This document shows, one piece after another, positions 44,096 through 58,030 of a stretch of DNA of 64,000 nt. The first letter of the stretch is position 1. The number at the start of each line of letters is the position of its first letter. The notes beneath the pieces are model-generated. The model made no database searches and had not been told where the DNA came from. It saw only the letters and a program-made list of their open reading frames with translations. A program made the translations under genes and the position numbers. Origin of the DNA: Octopus vulgaris (taxonomy: Eukaryota); assembly GCA_951406725.2 (NCBI GenBank), contig OX597834.1:38006001-38070000 (forward strand), written 5' to 3'.

Positions 44096-45843
44096 GCAAA
44101 CAAATAAATAACAAACCATTAGTGAACGTCGGTTATTGTTATTTATTTTTTGCTCGCAATACACCAAAAGAGATTTCGGACCCTTAGGACATCCTGGAGT
44201 AAACCAAACATCATGTGACCAATTACAAGGTGTGCTTTGGACACATCTCTGTGTACATTACCTGAATATTTCACTGGATATACATCAGTACCCAGTATAT
44301 TTATTCGATTAAAGGTGGTGTTTACAAGTTCATTCGACCCAACCTAACGCCTATCATTTAGACACCTGACTATACACACACCTAGAATAAGACAGAAGAC
44401 AGAGAGAGACATGTGAGTGTATATGTGCCCTGTGTGCATGTGTGTATATGTCTACGTGTGTGTATGTGTGTGTATAACTGCGTCGGGTTGTGTGTGAGAG
44501 AGACCGTATGTGTGTAGTTTTAATGATGTCACTTAGCTTTTTGTAATATTAGCAACATTAGAAGTGAATCCGTTTTCCCCTGGGAAGGACGTTCGTCACT
44601 CCTCTACATCAAGATAAAGTGAGTTGTGTATATCGTAAGCTCATATTACCTTTGGCATATTATTATTATTAACGTACTTCTCATATACTCTATGGCGAGA
44701 TATACGAAAATTTATTCTTCTCAGCGATATCTATACAACATCGTTAACCTATACCCCGAAACAGTGTGGCGCATACTAAGCGACTGTATGTATTGTAAAT
44801 TACTGCACACATTCAGAACAGTGTTTCTCACGTGAAAATACTATTACATACACTGAACAAATTAACAGTCAGTAAACCACTTAGGGGCAATTAAATAGAC
44901 TTCACACTGTATTCTATTTTTAAATACCACTTAATTCAGTTATCTCCCTTCATCTTCACTTGGCAATGTTTGAACTCTTTCATTTTAAACTACTGTTTGT
45001 TATTTTTGCAGGCCTGTTTCGTTACAGTTTTTTTTTTCTTCTTGTAGATTTATTGTTATTATTAGTGTACGCTTTCATTGCACTAACTTACCATCTCATT
45101 GCAATTCCTCTATTGTACTGAAATTGAAATTAATCTACGCAATGTGTGTTCAGAGCTTATATTATCTATTTTAACAATATAGCTGAGTGGAGGTAGCTCA
45201 GGAGAGAATTCTACGTATATAAAACACACATGTGGTAGAGTCTCAAAGGGAACCTGATAAAGAGAGCGCTGGGAATCATATTTCTTTTACTCCAAATTGA
45301 ATTATGCCGCTTGTGACCGAAAATATAACTTTAAGACACTAAACTGTTCCTCTGAATTAATTATCAGAGGATTCTGGGAACGAGATGTTTGAGATGAAAA
45401 TATAAAATTTCGTTTCTTCATGAACACCTTTAAAATGTCACAAAGACTCGGAAACTCGCGTAAAATACTTGTTCACTGTGATAACACAAAAAAAATATTC
45501 TCTATGGAAGCTACATACCTACTCATTCTAGATTTCTTTCAAACGACATTACAAATAGACACATAATAAAACAAACTGTAACACGTATCATAAAATTTAT
45601 AAAGCAGAAACATTAGCCATGAAATTCAAAATGGGAGAAATTCAATGTTTGGCATTACATAAACCATAAGCTACAGTTAAAGACCGCAAAAATTAACTTT
45701 CTGACTGACCCAAGTGTGAATTTGTTATCCTAGCAAAGAGCGAACGAGACGTGTTTGTCGAACATAATTCGACACAAACATGGTTTAAAATTAGTCAAAC
45801 CACGGATTAAACTTATAGAAAAATAACAGCAGTATAATCAATA

Positions 45844-46016
45844 GGCGCAGGAGTGGCAGTGTGGTAAGTAGCTTGCTAACCAACCACATGGTTCCGGGTT
45901 CAGTCCCACTGTGTGGCATCTTGGGCAAGTGTCTTCTGCTATAGCCCCGGGCCGACCATTGCCTTGTGAGTGGATTTGGTAGACGGAAACTGAAAGAAGC
46001 CTGTCGTATATATTAC

Positions 46017-46052
<36 letters not shown>

Positions 46053-46265
46053 TGGTTTCTGTGTCTGTGTTTGTCCCCCAAGCATTGCTTGACAACCGAT
46101 GCTGGTGTGTTTACGTCCCCGTCACTTAGCAGTTCGGCAAAAGAGACCGATAGAATGAGTACTGGGCTTTCAAAGAATAAGTCCCGAGGTCGATTTGCTC
46201 GACTAAAGGCGATGCTCCAGCATGGCCTCAGTCAAATGACTGAAAAAAGTAAAAGAGTAAAAGAG
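45844..46265 (+). mobile_element. SINE family A, full length
   Basis: Head to tail intact; AATA on both flanks; interrupts a copy of 40805-40938. Confidence 0.92.
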
Positions 46266-47718
46266 TAATATGTGAAACTAAATAGACAACATAATATACA
46301 AAACAATGCAAGCATTTGCTCTTTGACAAAGTAGACTTTTTTTTCCATTCAATTTTAGCCCCTTCTTTTCAGTGTTTTAAAGTTTAGCAACAACTTTAAC
46401 TTATTATAGTCATTTCGTAATTAGCATTATTGTGCAGACCAGCAAATATTAACTATTGTTTGAGTCACACGTAATGGGAACGAACGTTTTGATGTGGCTC
46501 TGGACTTGTCTATGATAGTATTGAGGCTTGTAGGTTTATGGAATTACATATGTTAGACTCACATCATCTTAGACTCTTCACACCTCAAATATATAGATCT
46601 TTATAAAGATGTTGCTTGTTAATTTCCTACCATATGAATAGCCATAATCTTTTTTTTCAAACCATATTTTGAAGAATCTAGGATATCGCTGTTATTGTAC
46701 TTGTAAAATATCATTGTCCTTAACGTCTCCTCACAACTTACTCAATCAGTGAACTAATTTTGAAATATCATCAACAGAGCAAGTTTATTCTATACGAAAT
46801 ATGTTTCTAACTATAGACTGAATATTTTGCAATTTTGTTGGAATTTCTCTGGAATTTCTCTGAAATTCCTCGATTAAAACTGTTTTTTGTTTTTTTTTCA
46901 ATTTATAAATATCTGATGAGCATTAAACATTTTTCATCACTAGACTGCATAATGCGTCAAAGGCTGTAAAATAACAAAGTTTTATGGTAAAACATTTCGG
47001 AGGAAAACGTAAACGTGATGTGATAGGAAAAGTGATATGATAAGGAAAATATTAGTCTGACTATTGACCCTTATACACGCTTGGGTTTCTTTTATTTATT
47101 TATTCATTTAAACGCTGATCAGCTGTTTTTCTTATCCAGTCAATATATATCTTCCTACCTCACATTTTCCTTTCGTTTTCCTCTTTCTTCCGCATTTTTA
47201 TATTACCATAACTTTAGTTATTTCCCTTCGCCGCTTATTCTTTTACATACCACAAACTCTTTCTTGTTCTCTCCTTTCACTCACTTTAATCACAAACCTC
47301 AGACTTTGTTATTCACATACGCAGTTCTCTCTAATAAATACGCCTTTTGTCCATAACAATTCAATCCTGATTCTTTCTCTATCCATTCACTCATTTATTT
47401 ACATAACAACAGACTTTGCACTTTCTTATTTGCTTTCACACCGTTCCCTCAATAGATCCACGACACTACGACAACTAATTGTATCGACTTATGTCATAGT
47501 TCAGCGAACAAACTTCTTTCTTCTCCCATTCATTATTTATCTTTTTTCTTTGTATTGCTTTACTCGTTTACTCTTCATGTTTATCTATCTACTTCTCCCT
47601 TCTCTTTAACTTTTCCCATTTATTACCTTGCTGTCTAATAGATTTTTAACTCTGTCATTTGTGTATATTCAGTAGCCTTATAGCTAATTATTCTGTTAAC
47701 AGTTAAATATTTTAAATG

Positions 47719-47772
<54 letters not shown>

Positions 47773-47810
47773 CATATATATGTATGTATGTATGTATGTA
47801 TATATATGTA

Positions 47811-47916
<106 letters not shown>

Positions 47917-48165
47917 AACAAATATATGCATATATACATAATACTTTTTCTCTCTTTTCAGGTAACGGGACTGGTCGTTTCTAAAGCTCTGCTCAAAGAA
48001 AAAGGTGGAAATCAAATATAAAAGTTCAAATCAAACAGATATAAGCAAAGAAAAAGTTAAACCAGAAAATAAAAAGTGAATCTCATCAAACAAACAGATC
48101 AACTGGGATGTATTTAACTCTTTGATGCTTGATGCCAGTAACTTGACTCATTGGTTCAAAGGAAG

Positions 48166-48364
48166 ATGTCATTTGCTACCACAACTTTGTTATTTTCTTT
48201 ACTTGTATGTACCATTCAGCTGAGTAATGCTGCAGAAGAGAAACCCTCTTATTGGTACCCACATGACTATCCAAACCCTCGAAAAGAACAGGCAAGATGT
48301 GGACGAGAACTGACGAAACCGTCTTGGCTTTGTGATCCTGATAAGCTTTTAACGGAAACAGAAG
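48166..48364 (+). CDS. First coding exon of a MOLO-1-like / TPM-domain secreted or membrane protein
   Basis: MSFATTTLLFSLLVCTIQLSNAA signal-peptide-like start, then WYPHDYPNPRKEQARCGRELTKPSWLCDPDKLLTETE (MOLO-1 family N-terminal motif, recognised from memory). In-frame TAA at 48139-48141, A at -3, donor AAG|GTAAGC (phase 1), candidate acceptor TTTTTCTCTCTTTTCAG ending 47961. Confidence 0.82.
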
Positions 48365-48379
48365 GTAAGCATCAGAGAT

Positions 48380-49620
48380 TTTTATTTGTGGTTTTACCGA
48401 GGAAAGAGAGGAAGGAGTAACATCGTGGCCCTCTTCCTTCCACGATCTTCCTTCCACGATGCTGGCCTCCAAGGATTTCTATTAGGTCGGGAATTTTCTC
48501 TACAATTTCTGGTTTTACTTGCAGTAGAATTTCCAGCCCTATCTCATCCCAATTCTCCCTTTGGGGTTTTTGGATTTCTAGGAGGCTTCTAGGATCTTCC
48601 AGCACCACAGCTTTCACTACCTGCCAGAAATCGATTTCTGGTGGTATGTACTTATTTTTATTCGGATCACTCTCTGTCCCAAATAGATGGGAATTAAAGT
48701 GAACTCCTCCGTTTTTAATGGGACGGTTGAGTGCTTTTGTGCTAGTGATTTCGACTGTAATATGACCTTGATATACCCGAACTTAGGGGCGTAGCAGACA
48801 AAACTGGCATTGCCCCCCACCCCATATATTTGTCAGGCTGAGCTCGGTTTGGTCTGATAAAGACAGACATAGGTATTAAGTTGATTACATCGACCCCCAG
48901 TGCGTAATTAAGTACCAGTTACGCACTGGGGTCGATGTAATCAACTTAATACCTATGTCTGTCTTTGTTTGTCCCCTCTATGTTTAGCCCCTTGTTGGTA
49001 ATAAAGAAATAGTTATTTTTTCTAGTCTTCTTTCCATGAACAGATAACTGTGCATGACATGATCTGTACAGCTTTTGAGGGACATTTAGTGTGGCCTTTC
49101 TTTCTTCACGTCTTATAATCCTCTCAGCTTTCTTTAAATGTTCTTCCTTATCCTTTAACAACATAATTTCAAACTTGTTTGTAACTTTTGCGGAGGAAAC
49201 GTTATTTCTATTTGAACCGTTTCTTTCTTTTTCCGAAGTTTTACTGATTTGTGTGGTGGTCGTAGTGGTGGTCGTAGTGGTAATATTTTTCCTTGCACAA
49301 TTAGCTGCTGCTAGTTATATTTCGTTCTTCCCAGATCGAATTCTCATACTCTTGACACTTCCATTGTGATTGTTGTTGCTGTTGTTGTCATTGCTGTTGC
49401 TACTCCTCCTGCTACTACCGCTATCATTTACATCTAGAGTGAGTGGGGAGGGGACGAGTAACGGTTAAAGACAATTTCGCGTTCTACATCTCCTCCCACT
49501 TCTCTCTCTTGTTGAATCGCTGACAAAGACGACGCGCCATATTAAATTTTGCAAATTTTGAAAGGAAAATTAATTTTCTTTTCGAGTGATTTTTGCCTCG
49601 CAGGGCAAAAAAAAAGACAA
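48380..49620 (-). mobile_element. Degenerate ORF1/gag-like retroelement (5' part) in the intron
   Basis: K/E-rich segment, LAQKHSTVPLKTEEFTLIPIYLGQRVIRIKI, ENWDEIGLEILLQVKPEIVEKIPD...IVEGRGPRCY; homologous to 35460-36760. Confidence 0.65.
48859..48966. repeat. Near-perfect hairpin (~50-bp arms) made of SINE-B 3' sequence
   Basis: AAAGACAGACATAGGTATTAAGTTGATTACATCGACCCC(C)AGTGCGTAA and its reverse complement around a short loop. Confidence 0.92.
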
Positions 49621-49770
49621 AACAAACAAATAGCACTGTTAATCAGACCAATATGGTTTAGATTAACTTAGTCACAAGATATAACAATAAAATGTTACAA
49701 TAACAATCTTTTTAGAGGTAAAAAAATAGGCACACGCGGACCTCCGAAATACACGTCCAGCTCTGGCGAC

Positions 49771-50470
<700 letters not shown>

Positions 50471-50475
50471 TAATA

Positions 50476-50625
50476 ATAGCCCAGTGGTTAGGACAGCAGA
50501 CTCGCGGTCGTAGGATCGCGGTTTCGATTCCCAGACCGGGCATTGTGAATGTTTATTGAGCGAAAGCACCTAAAGCTTCACGAGGCTCCGGCAGTGGGGT
50601 GGTGATGAACCCTGATGTACTCTTC
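50476..50625 (+). mobile_element. SINE family C 5' part
   Basis: Matches 56758-56905. Confidence 0.85.
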
Positions 50626-50705
50626 AAAACGGTGGTGCATCAGCATGGCCACAGCTCTGAGCCAAAATTAGAGAGAAACAAAATAAAAAATAAAAATAAT
50701 AATAA

Positions 50706-50850
50706 TCCTTTCTACTATTGGCACAAGGCCTGCAATTTGGGGGAGGAAGACAGCCGATTACATTGACCCCAGTGCGTAACTGGTACTTAATTTATCGACC
50801 CCGAAAGGATGAAAGGCAAAGTCGACCTTAGCGGAATTTGAACTCACAAC
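50706..50850 (-). mobile_element. SINE family B
   Basis: Core and tail present. Confidence 0.85.
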
Positions 50851-51117
50851 GCAGAACATACTGCAAAATAATTTTCCCAATGTTTTAACTATTCTGTCAA
50901 TTCACCTGATTTAGACAATCGATAGAATAGTGGATTGAACGAAACCTTGGTTCGGGTTCGGCAATTCTGATCACTTCTTATATGACAAAGGCGTATCTGA
51001 TTCTACACACTACAAGTTTTACTAGCGAGTGTAACTAGTCGTTCTAAATCATATACGTGTGTATGTACGAACGCGTGTATGCAATTGTGTTTATGTGCGT
51101 GCACGTGATGTGGTGCG

Positions 51118-51159
<42 letters not shown>

Positions 51160-51318
51160 GTGTGCATGCATCTATGCATATATGCTTAATGTATATATAT
51201 AAATGTATATGTGTGCATGCGTGCGTATGTGTGCGTGTGTTCACTCGTAAATACACACACATACATGACTATATTGTTATACAAATACATACATACCTGC
51301 ATACATACATATATGTGA

Positions 51319-51354
<36 letters not shown>

Positions 51355-51397
51355 GGGCATACACACAGATACACACACACACACACACATACACACA

Positions 51398-51432
<35 letters not shown>

Positions 51433-52105
51433 GCGCACGCATAAGCTTTTATGGATATTATATTAGGAAGGATTGCTTTATAGTTGGTGCTACTTCATCT
51501 GCTGGCTAATATAATTAACAATGCAATGTAGTGGAAGCTACACTCTTGTATAATTTGACCCTGCAGGGATCATTTATCACACATACACCTACGCATACAC
51601 AGATTTAAGCAAATACGCACACACACACACACACACGTAATACACACTTACACACACGTACACACGCGTACACACACATCACATCTGCACGGCTCATTCG
51701 TAATCCTGCCGCGTGATTGGCTATAAATAAGATAGTGAATCATTATATCAGGATCCAGAAAGATTGTCTAAGAAATCGCCTGCTGCTTACAATGACAATT
51801 TCATTTCATTCTTCCAACTTCTTGGTATCAATTTAATTAATTTATCGCGCAAATTCATTACGTGCGTACGTACGTACGTACGTACGTACGTATGTACGTA
51901 CGAAAGGGGCCTGCGTACACGCATACATTCATGCATGTATACGTATACACATACTTATGTACATAAACGTACATACGTAACATATACACATGCTTACGTT
52001 CATACGTACACACACGTGCATACATACGTATAGACATAGATACGTATATGCGTACGTATGTTCACATACGTTTATACACACGTTTATATATCTATAGATG
52101 CATAA

Positions 52106-52146
<41 letters not shown>

Positions 52147-52372
52147 GAAGCGGACTTCTATGTATAGATATATACACACATGCATACATCTATGTATAGA
52201 TATATACACACATGCATACATAGATACATATATACAAAGGTACACGAACATACACACACATACATACATACATACATACATACATACATACATGCATGCA
52301 TATATATATATATATGCATGTGTGTAGAGGTATATGCATGCAGCCATACATCCTTACATCACGTACCTGTAT

Positions 52373-52445
<73 letters not shown>

Positions 52446-52498
52446 TATATACACACAATTATATATGATATATACATGTAATATATATACACACACAC

Positions 52499-52532
<34 letters not shown>

Positions 52533-52834
52533 TATGCATAGGGGCACGCATATCGATTCACACAAACACATACACACTTGCATGTACGCTAGATACACGT
52601 GTTTTTATACACACATATATATCGATGTATTCGTGGGTTCTCCTCCAATCTCAGCAGTGAGCATTCAGTTGTTTAATTAATTGAGTTTCGATTCCTGAAA
52701 CTCGGCGTATGAGTAGCTGAGTATTCCACAGCAGACACATGTGATCTTAACACAGTTGTGATGCTGACAGGGTATGACATGATGTGACACAATGTTGAAT
52801 CTTTGAATTGCAGATGCAGAGAGAGTGGGGGAGC

Positions 52835-53330
52835 AGAAAGAAAGGAAGGAAGAAGGAAGGAAGGAAGGAAGGAAGGAAGGAAGGAAGGAAGGAAGGAAGG
52901 AAGGAAGGAAGGAAGGAATGAAGGAGGGAAGGATGGATGGATGGAAGAGAGGAAGGAAGGAAGGAAGGAAGGAAGGAAGGAAGGAAGGAAGGAAGGAAGG
53001 AAAGAAGGAAAGAAGGAGGGATGGATGGATGGATGGAAGAGAGGAAGGAAGGAAGGAAGGAAGGAAGGAAGGAAGGAAGGAAGGAAGGAAGGAATGAAGG
53101 GAGGAAGGAAGGAAGGAAGGAAAGAAGGATGTAAGGAAGGGTGAAAGGAAGAAAAAGGAAGGATGGAAGAATGAATGAAAGAAAGGAAGAAAGAAAAGAA
53201 GAAAAGAAAGTGGGAGGGAAAGAGGGAAAGAGAGAAAAAGAAAAGAAGAAAAGAAAGATAGAAGGAAAGAGAGAAAGAAAGAGAGAAAGAGCGGAAAAGG
53301 TAAGAACAGGAGGAAGGAAGGAAGGAAGGT
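52835..53330. repeat. (GGAA)n polypurine tract
   Basis: Directly visible; source of the PSFL/RKEG ORFs. Confidence 0.95.
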
Positions 53331-53544
53331 AAGACGAAAAAACAAGAATCAAACAAACAAAACAGTCTTAGCACTGTTAGTTTATCAAATCTTACCTCGG
53401 CTGAGTTTGAACCCATGGCACATAAAGCACAGAGTTGCAGAAGGAGTAAGCCATGGCATTCGATCCTACGCTCTGACGATTCGGTCCCGTTCGACACAGT
53501 TCACATTTATCACACACATAGACACGAGCACACATGCAAGCAAA

Positions 53545-53742
<198 letters not shown>

Positions 53743-53832
53743 CACGAGGAAAGCAGAACATGTGGCGTCTGGTTAGTCACAGAGTGAAGGATATACGAAA
53801 TCGCACAGAATGATTTTCCTAAAACATCACTA

Positions 53833-54059
53833 TAGTAATCCCTCGCTATATCGCGGTTCACCTATCGCGGTTTATTATATAAGCTTACGTCGATTCCTCC
53901 GTGATGTTGTTTTGCATTTATGATAAAATAAATATATACAAATCATAAAAATAATTTTAAAATATATATACAGTACAGTACTGTTTCTACTTCGTGGATT
54001 TTCACCTATCGCGGGGAACGTTTTAGAACGTAAAACCTGCGATAGTCGTGAGATTACGG
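53833..54059. mobile_element. Tigger/pogo-like MITE
   Basis: TA|TAGTAATCCCTCGCTATATCGCGGTT ... AACCTGCGATAGTCGTGAGATTACGG|TA imperfect terminal inverted repeats with TA flanks. Confidence 0.75.
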
Positions 54060-54080
54060 TATTATCATTATTCAGCCAGC

Positions 54081-54480
54081 TAAGGCGACGTGCTGGCTAA
54101 ACCGTTAGCACGTTGGACAAAATGCTTAGCGCTATTTCGTCTGCCATCACTTTCTGAGTTCAAATTCCGCCGAGGTCGACTTTGCCTTTCATCCTTTCGG
54201 GGTCTGTTAAATAAGTACCAGTTACGCACTGGGCTCGATATAATCGACTTAATCCGTTTGTCTGTCCTTGCTTGTCCCCTCTGTGTTTAGCCCCTTGTGG
54301 GTAGTAAAGAAATAGGTATTTCTACAGACTCATTACGTTCCGAGTTCAAATACCGCCGAGGTCGGTTTTGCCTTTCATCTTTTCAGGGTCGATGAAATAA
54401 ATACCAGTTGAAAACTGGAATCGATGTAATCAACCTACTCCTTCCTCCAAATTTGCAGTCTTCTGCCAAAATTTAAAACT
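54081..54480 (+). mobile_element. SINE family B copies, tandem or nested
   Basis: Two cores, ~54155-54245 and ~54340-54430. Confidence 0.85.
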
Positions 54481-55844
54481 AATATTAGGAATAAATAGAT
54501 GTCTAGAAAGTAGGAACGCTTTATCGTTCGTGAATAAGTCAATGTTGGTCACTATTTCTTGTTAATATCATTTATACTCACTATGGTGAGTCTGCGTGTG
54601 AACGGGAGTGCACTAAATGCTATCTTCAAGAAGACGCTTTGTTATTATACTTTTCTTATAAAAATTTCATCAAGTGAACAAAAGCGTCAAAGTTTACGAG
54701 GATTGGTTTCAAAGCGTCGTATGGAATTAGAAAATACAAGGAGCGGTCATCAATATATAAATAAGTTGAACAGCAGTAAGACTTTTTCAATGTTCTCAGA
54801 ATATAATTATAACAGAGTTGAGTGCTTTGAGAAAGTCGGATCTCAGAATTGTGAAGAAACACAGAATAGATAAAAACATTTAAATGCAGCTAAAAGAAAA
54901 ATAGGTAAAGTATAGGTGTGTTGTGTAGCTATTAAGACTTTAGGATCATGATATTAAAATCGCAGTCTCGATTCTTGAGCGAGCGGTGCGTTTTGTCCCT
55001 CAGAGCAAGGCACCTCATTTCTCGCTGCTTCAGAAATACTCAGTTGAAAATGAATACGATTTTAAATTTGAGAGGGATGGGCGTCCTGTCCAGGAGGAGT
55101 TGGGAAAAGTAGGATACTCTGAGTTTCCCCACTAGCTTCGACTTGATGATAATACAAAAGCCACAAAAGAATATATTCCGAAAAATGAAAAAAGAAAGAA
55201 CACAAAATACTGTGTTATTTACCTTGAGAAGAACTCTCATACGGAGTTGTGGTATACAAAAGCACTGCTACGGACTGTCCGAACTGCCTCTGTGTGTGGG
55301 GGGGGGACGCGTTTATGTATGTATGACAGTAATTTTCTTTAAATACACATCTTTGACGTGCCTTTGTTGAAGCGAGAGTTTTAAACGCTGATTCTGAGGT
55401 CTTTCTGTTTGACATGCTTCAACTTTTAGCAGGACAGACTGATCGGTTACGCAGAGGCTGGGTCAAAGGTAGCATTTTTGTCTCTTGTTTGATTTGCTCA
55501 TGACCACATGGTGGGCTCAATGCTAAGGAAGCAGTACTCAAATTTTTGAGCTGTTCCAAATCACATTGAGAAAAAGAGAAGGTTGTTAGTATGTCTTCGT
55601 ATTTCTCTGAGCAGCTTCCAGGAAACGAGACTGAGCGATTGCCTGTTCGAAAATCGATGAAATGTTTTTTAAATAGACTTTGTCCGAGGAAACATCGGAA
55701 GTAATTAATCACTAATGTTTTCCTGAAGATATAACTTACATTGCTTAGATATGTTTCGGCCAAAGAATAGCTCAGGCCCTGTCTTAATTAATAGCACCGC
55801 CTGACAGGATCTATTAAGTCATTCTTAAGCCAAGTTTTGTGGTA

Positions 55845-56125
55845 TCATGGCCCATTCAATTAACGATTTGTTGTTGACTGAGATGTATCCAGACAGAGGT
55901 GGATTATATGTTATCCAGTTCTGTATTTAAGAGATGAGAAATTATGTACATTATTTACATTATTTACATTTGACGGACATTCGCCCTCATCTTGTTTGTT
56001 GTTAACACAACGTTTTGGCTGATATACCCTCCAGCCTTATTCGGGTGTCTTGGAGAAATTTCGAACCTGGGTTCTCATTCCTAAGGTATTTTTCGATGTT
56101 GTTGTTGTTGTTGTTGTTGTTGTTG

Positions 56126-56215
<90 letters not shown>

Positions 56216-56311
56216 TCACTGCCTGAAATCGAACTCGGAATCTTGGGGTTAAGAGTGCGTGCTACAAACCCCAAGATTTCGATCTTCAACAACAACAACA
56301 ACAACAACAAC

Positions 56312-56352
<41 letters not shown>

Positions 56353-56690
56353 CAACATCGTAAAATACCTTAGGAATGAGAACCCAGATTCGAAACTTCC
56401 CTAAGACACCTAATGAAGGCTAGAGAGTATATCAGCCGAAACGTTGTGTTAACAACAAACAAGATACGTCAAATGTAAATAATGTAAATAATGTATGTTA
56501 TCCCTTGAAGAAAATTGTCCAGGTCTCGTTTGAAGGAGATAGGATCTTTTTCTTCCTTAATTTGTTTTGGGATAATGTTAAATAGAGCAGGGCCTGTTGA
56601 AGAAGAGAAAGTGTGTTGTAGTGAATTAATGTGTTTTCATTTTGAATTGTGTAGGAAGCGTTTAGCACGAGGTCCTAGCCTTCGATAAAT
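55845..56690 (-). mobile_element. CR1/L2-group LINE 3' end, split by the 55917-56493 insertion
   Basis: Minus translation GPALFNIIPKQIKEEK/DPISFKRDLDNFLQG, resuming as YNPPLSGYISVNNKSLIEWA after the insert. Confidence 0.75.
55917..56493. mobile_element. Palindromic non-autonomous Penelope-like element, a mutated minimal hammerhead in each arm, 10-bp target-site duplication
   Basis: Arms ~55945-56200 and ~56290-56493 inverted; TATGTTATCC at 55907-55916 and 56494-56503; GACAC-CTAATGA-AGGCT..AGCC-GAAACGTT-GTGTT at ~56405-56450. Confidence 0.82.
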
Positions 56691-56749
56691 ACATAAACAG
56701 TGACAACCTAAAATTTGCGCTGTCTGGCGTGGTTATATAGAATTGGAGT

Positions 56750-57125
56750 GGAGGCGCAATGGCCCAGTGGTTAGGGCAGCGGACTCGCGGTCGTAGGATC
56801 GCGGTTTCGATTCCCAGACCGGGCGTTGTGAGTGTTTATTGAGCGAAAAACACCTAAAGCTCCACGAGGCTCCGGCAGGGGATGGTGGTGATCCCTGCTG
56901 TACTCTTTCACCACAACTTTCTCTCACTCTTACTTCCTCTTTCTGTTGTACCTGTATTTCAAAGGGCCGACCTTGTCACTCTCTGTGTCACGCTGAATAT
57001 CCCCGAGAACTACGTTAAGGGTACACGTGTCTGTGGAGTGCTCAGCCACTTACACGTTAATTTCACGAGCAGGCTGTTCCGTTGATTCGGATCAACCGGA
57101 ACCCTCGTCGTCGTAACCGACGGAG
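56750..57125 (+). mobile_element. tRNA-derived SINE family C, full length
   Basis: A-box TGGCCCAGTGG, B-box GGTTTCGATTCC, body shared with 3061-3371, followed by an A-rich stretch. Confidence 0.9.
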
Positions 57126-57745
57126 AAAAAGAAAAAGGAAAAAATATAAGATTCATACCATATAAGATTCAAATTACTTCTCACGTTTGTTGTCTTCGTG
57201 ATTAATTAAAATCTGCTGCAAAAACTGTATTCTGTAACTTAATGATGACACGATCGATGGTAATAGTATAGTAGCATACGCAATCATGTAGATTGGTTGC
57301 AAATTGAAGGTGAGATGAAGACAGCAGTAAAATGAGTCTTTGTTGTTCATTTGAGTCTTGGAATAGAGCCAGGAAATTTAGGGAAGAAGTTTTCCACTAA
57401 GTCCCTTATGTGCCTGTAACTGAAGTGCCGTCAAAACAGTGTGATTCAAGTAATTGTTCCATTGTTATTGCTGTATTTCCAAATAAATTGCCATAACGAG
57501 AAACAGTAACCGAAAATAAATCGTTTTATTCAGCAAAAACGCTCGACTTCTGTATACGAAGGACAAAGAGTAAACGTCCGTAGTAACAGCGAATGGCTGG
57601 CAGCCAGTTTTTAATTAAGATATACCATAATGCATCTGCAATAGAAAAAGCCATTCGTATCGCACGCAAATGCATACACACAAACTCACACAAATTTATA
57701 CATTCATACACACGCACGCACACACACACGCGCACGCATGCATAT

Positions 57746-57746
<1 letters not shown>

Positions 57747-57826
<80 letters not shown>

Positions 57827-57831
57827 CAGAC

Positions 57832-57894
<63 letters not shown>

Positions 57895-57903
57895 AAGACA
57901 GAC

Positions 57904-57974
<71 letters not shown>

Positions 57975-57977
57975 CAG

Positions 57978-58030
<53 letters not shown>
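57747..58030. repeat. (GATA)n/(GA)n microsatellite
   Basis: Directly visible. Confidence 0.95.

Noticed and set aside
53391-53497. Minus-strand signal-peptide-like ORF start ending in a GAG|GTAAG donor
   Set aside because: Aligns with a decayed SINE-B head (GAATCGT.AG...GTTCAAA.TC.GCCGAGGT); exonisation is unsupported.
56750-56823. Apparent tRNA gene
   Set aside because: It is the head of SINE family C and runs directly into the SINE body.
57531-57583. Phase-1-compatible acceptor giving [16 protein letters not shown] as a second MOLO-1-like exon
   Set aside because: Stops after 16 codons, has no good donor and shows no TPM-like continuation.
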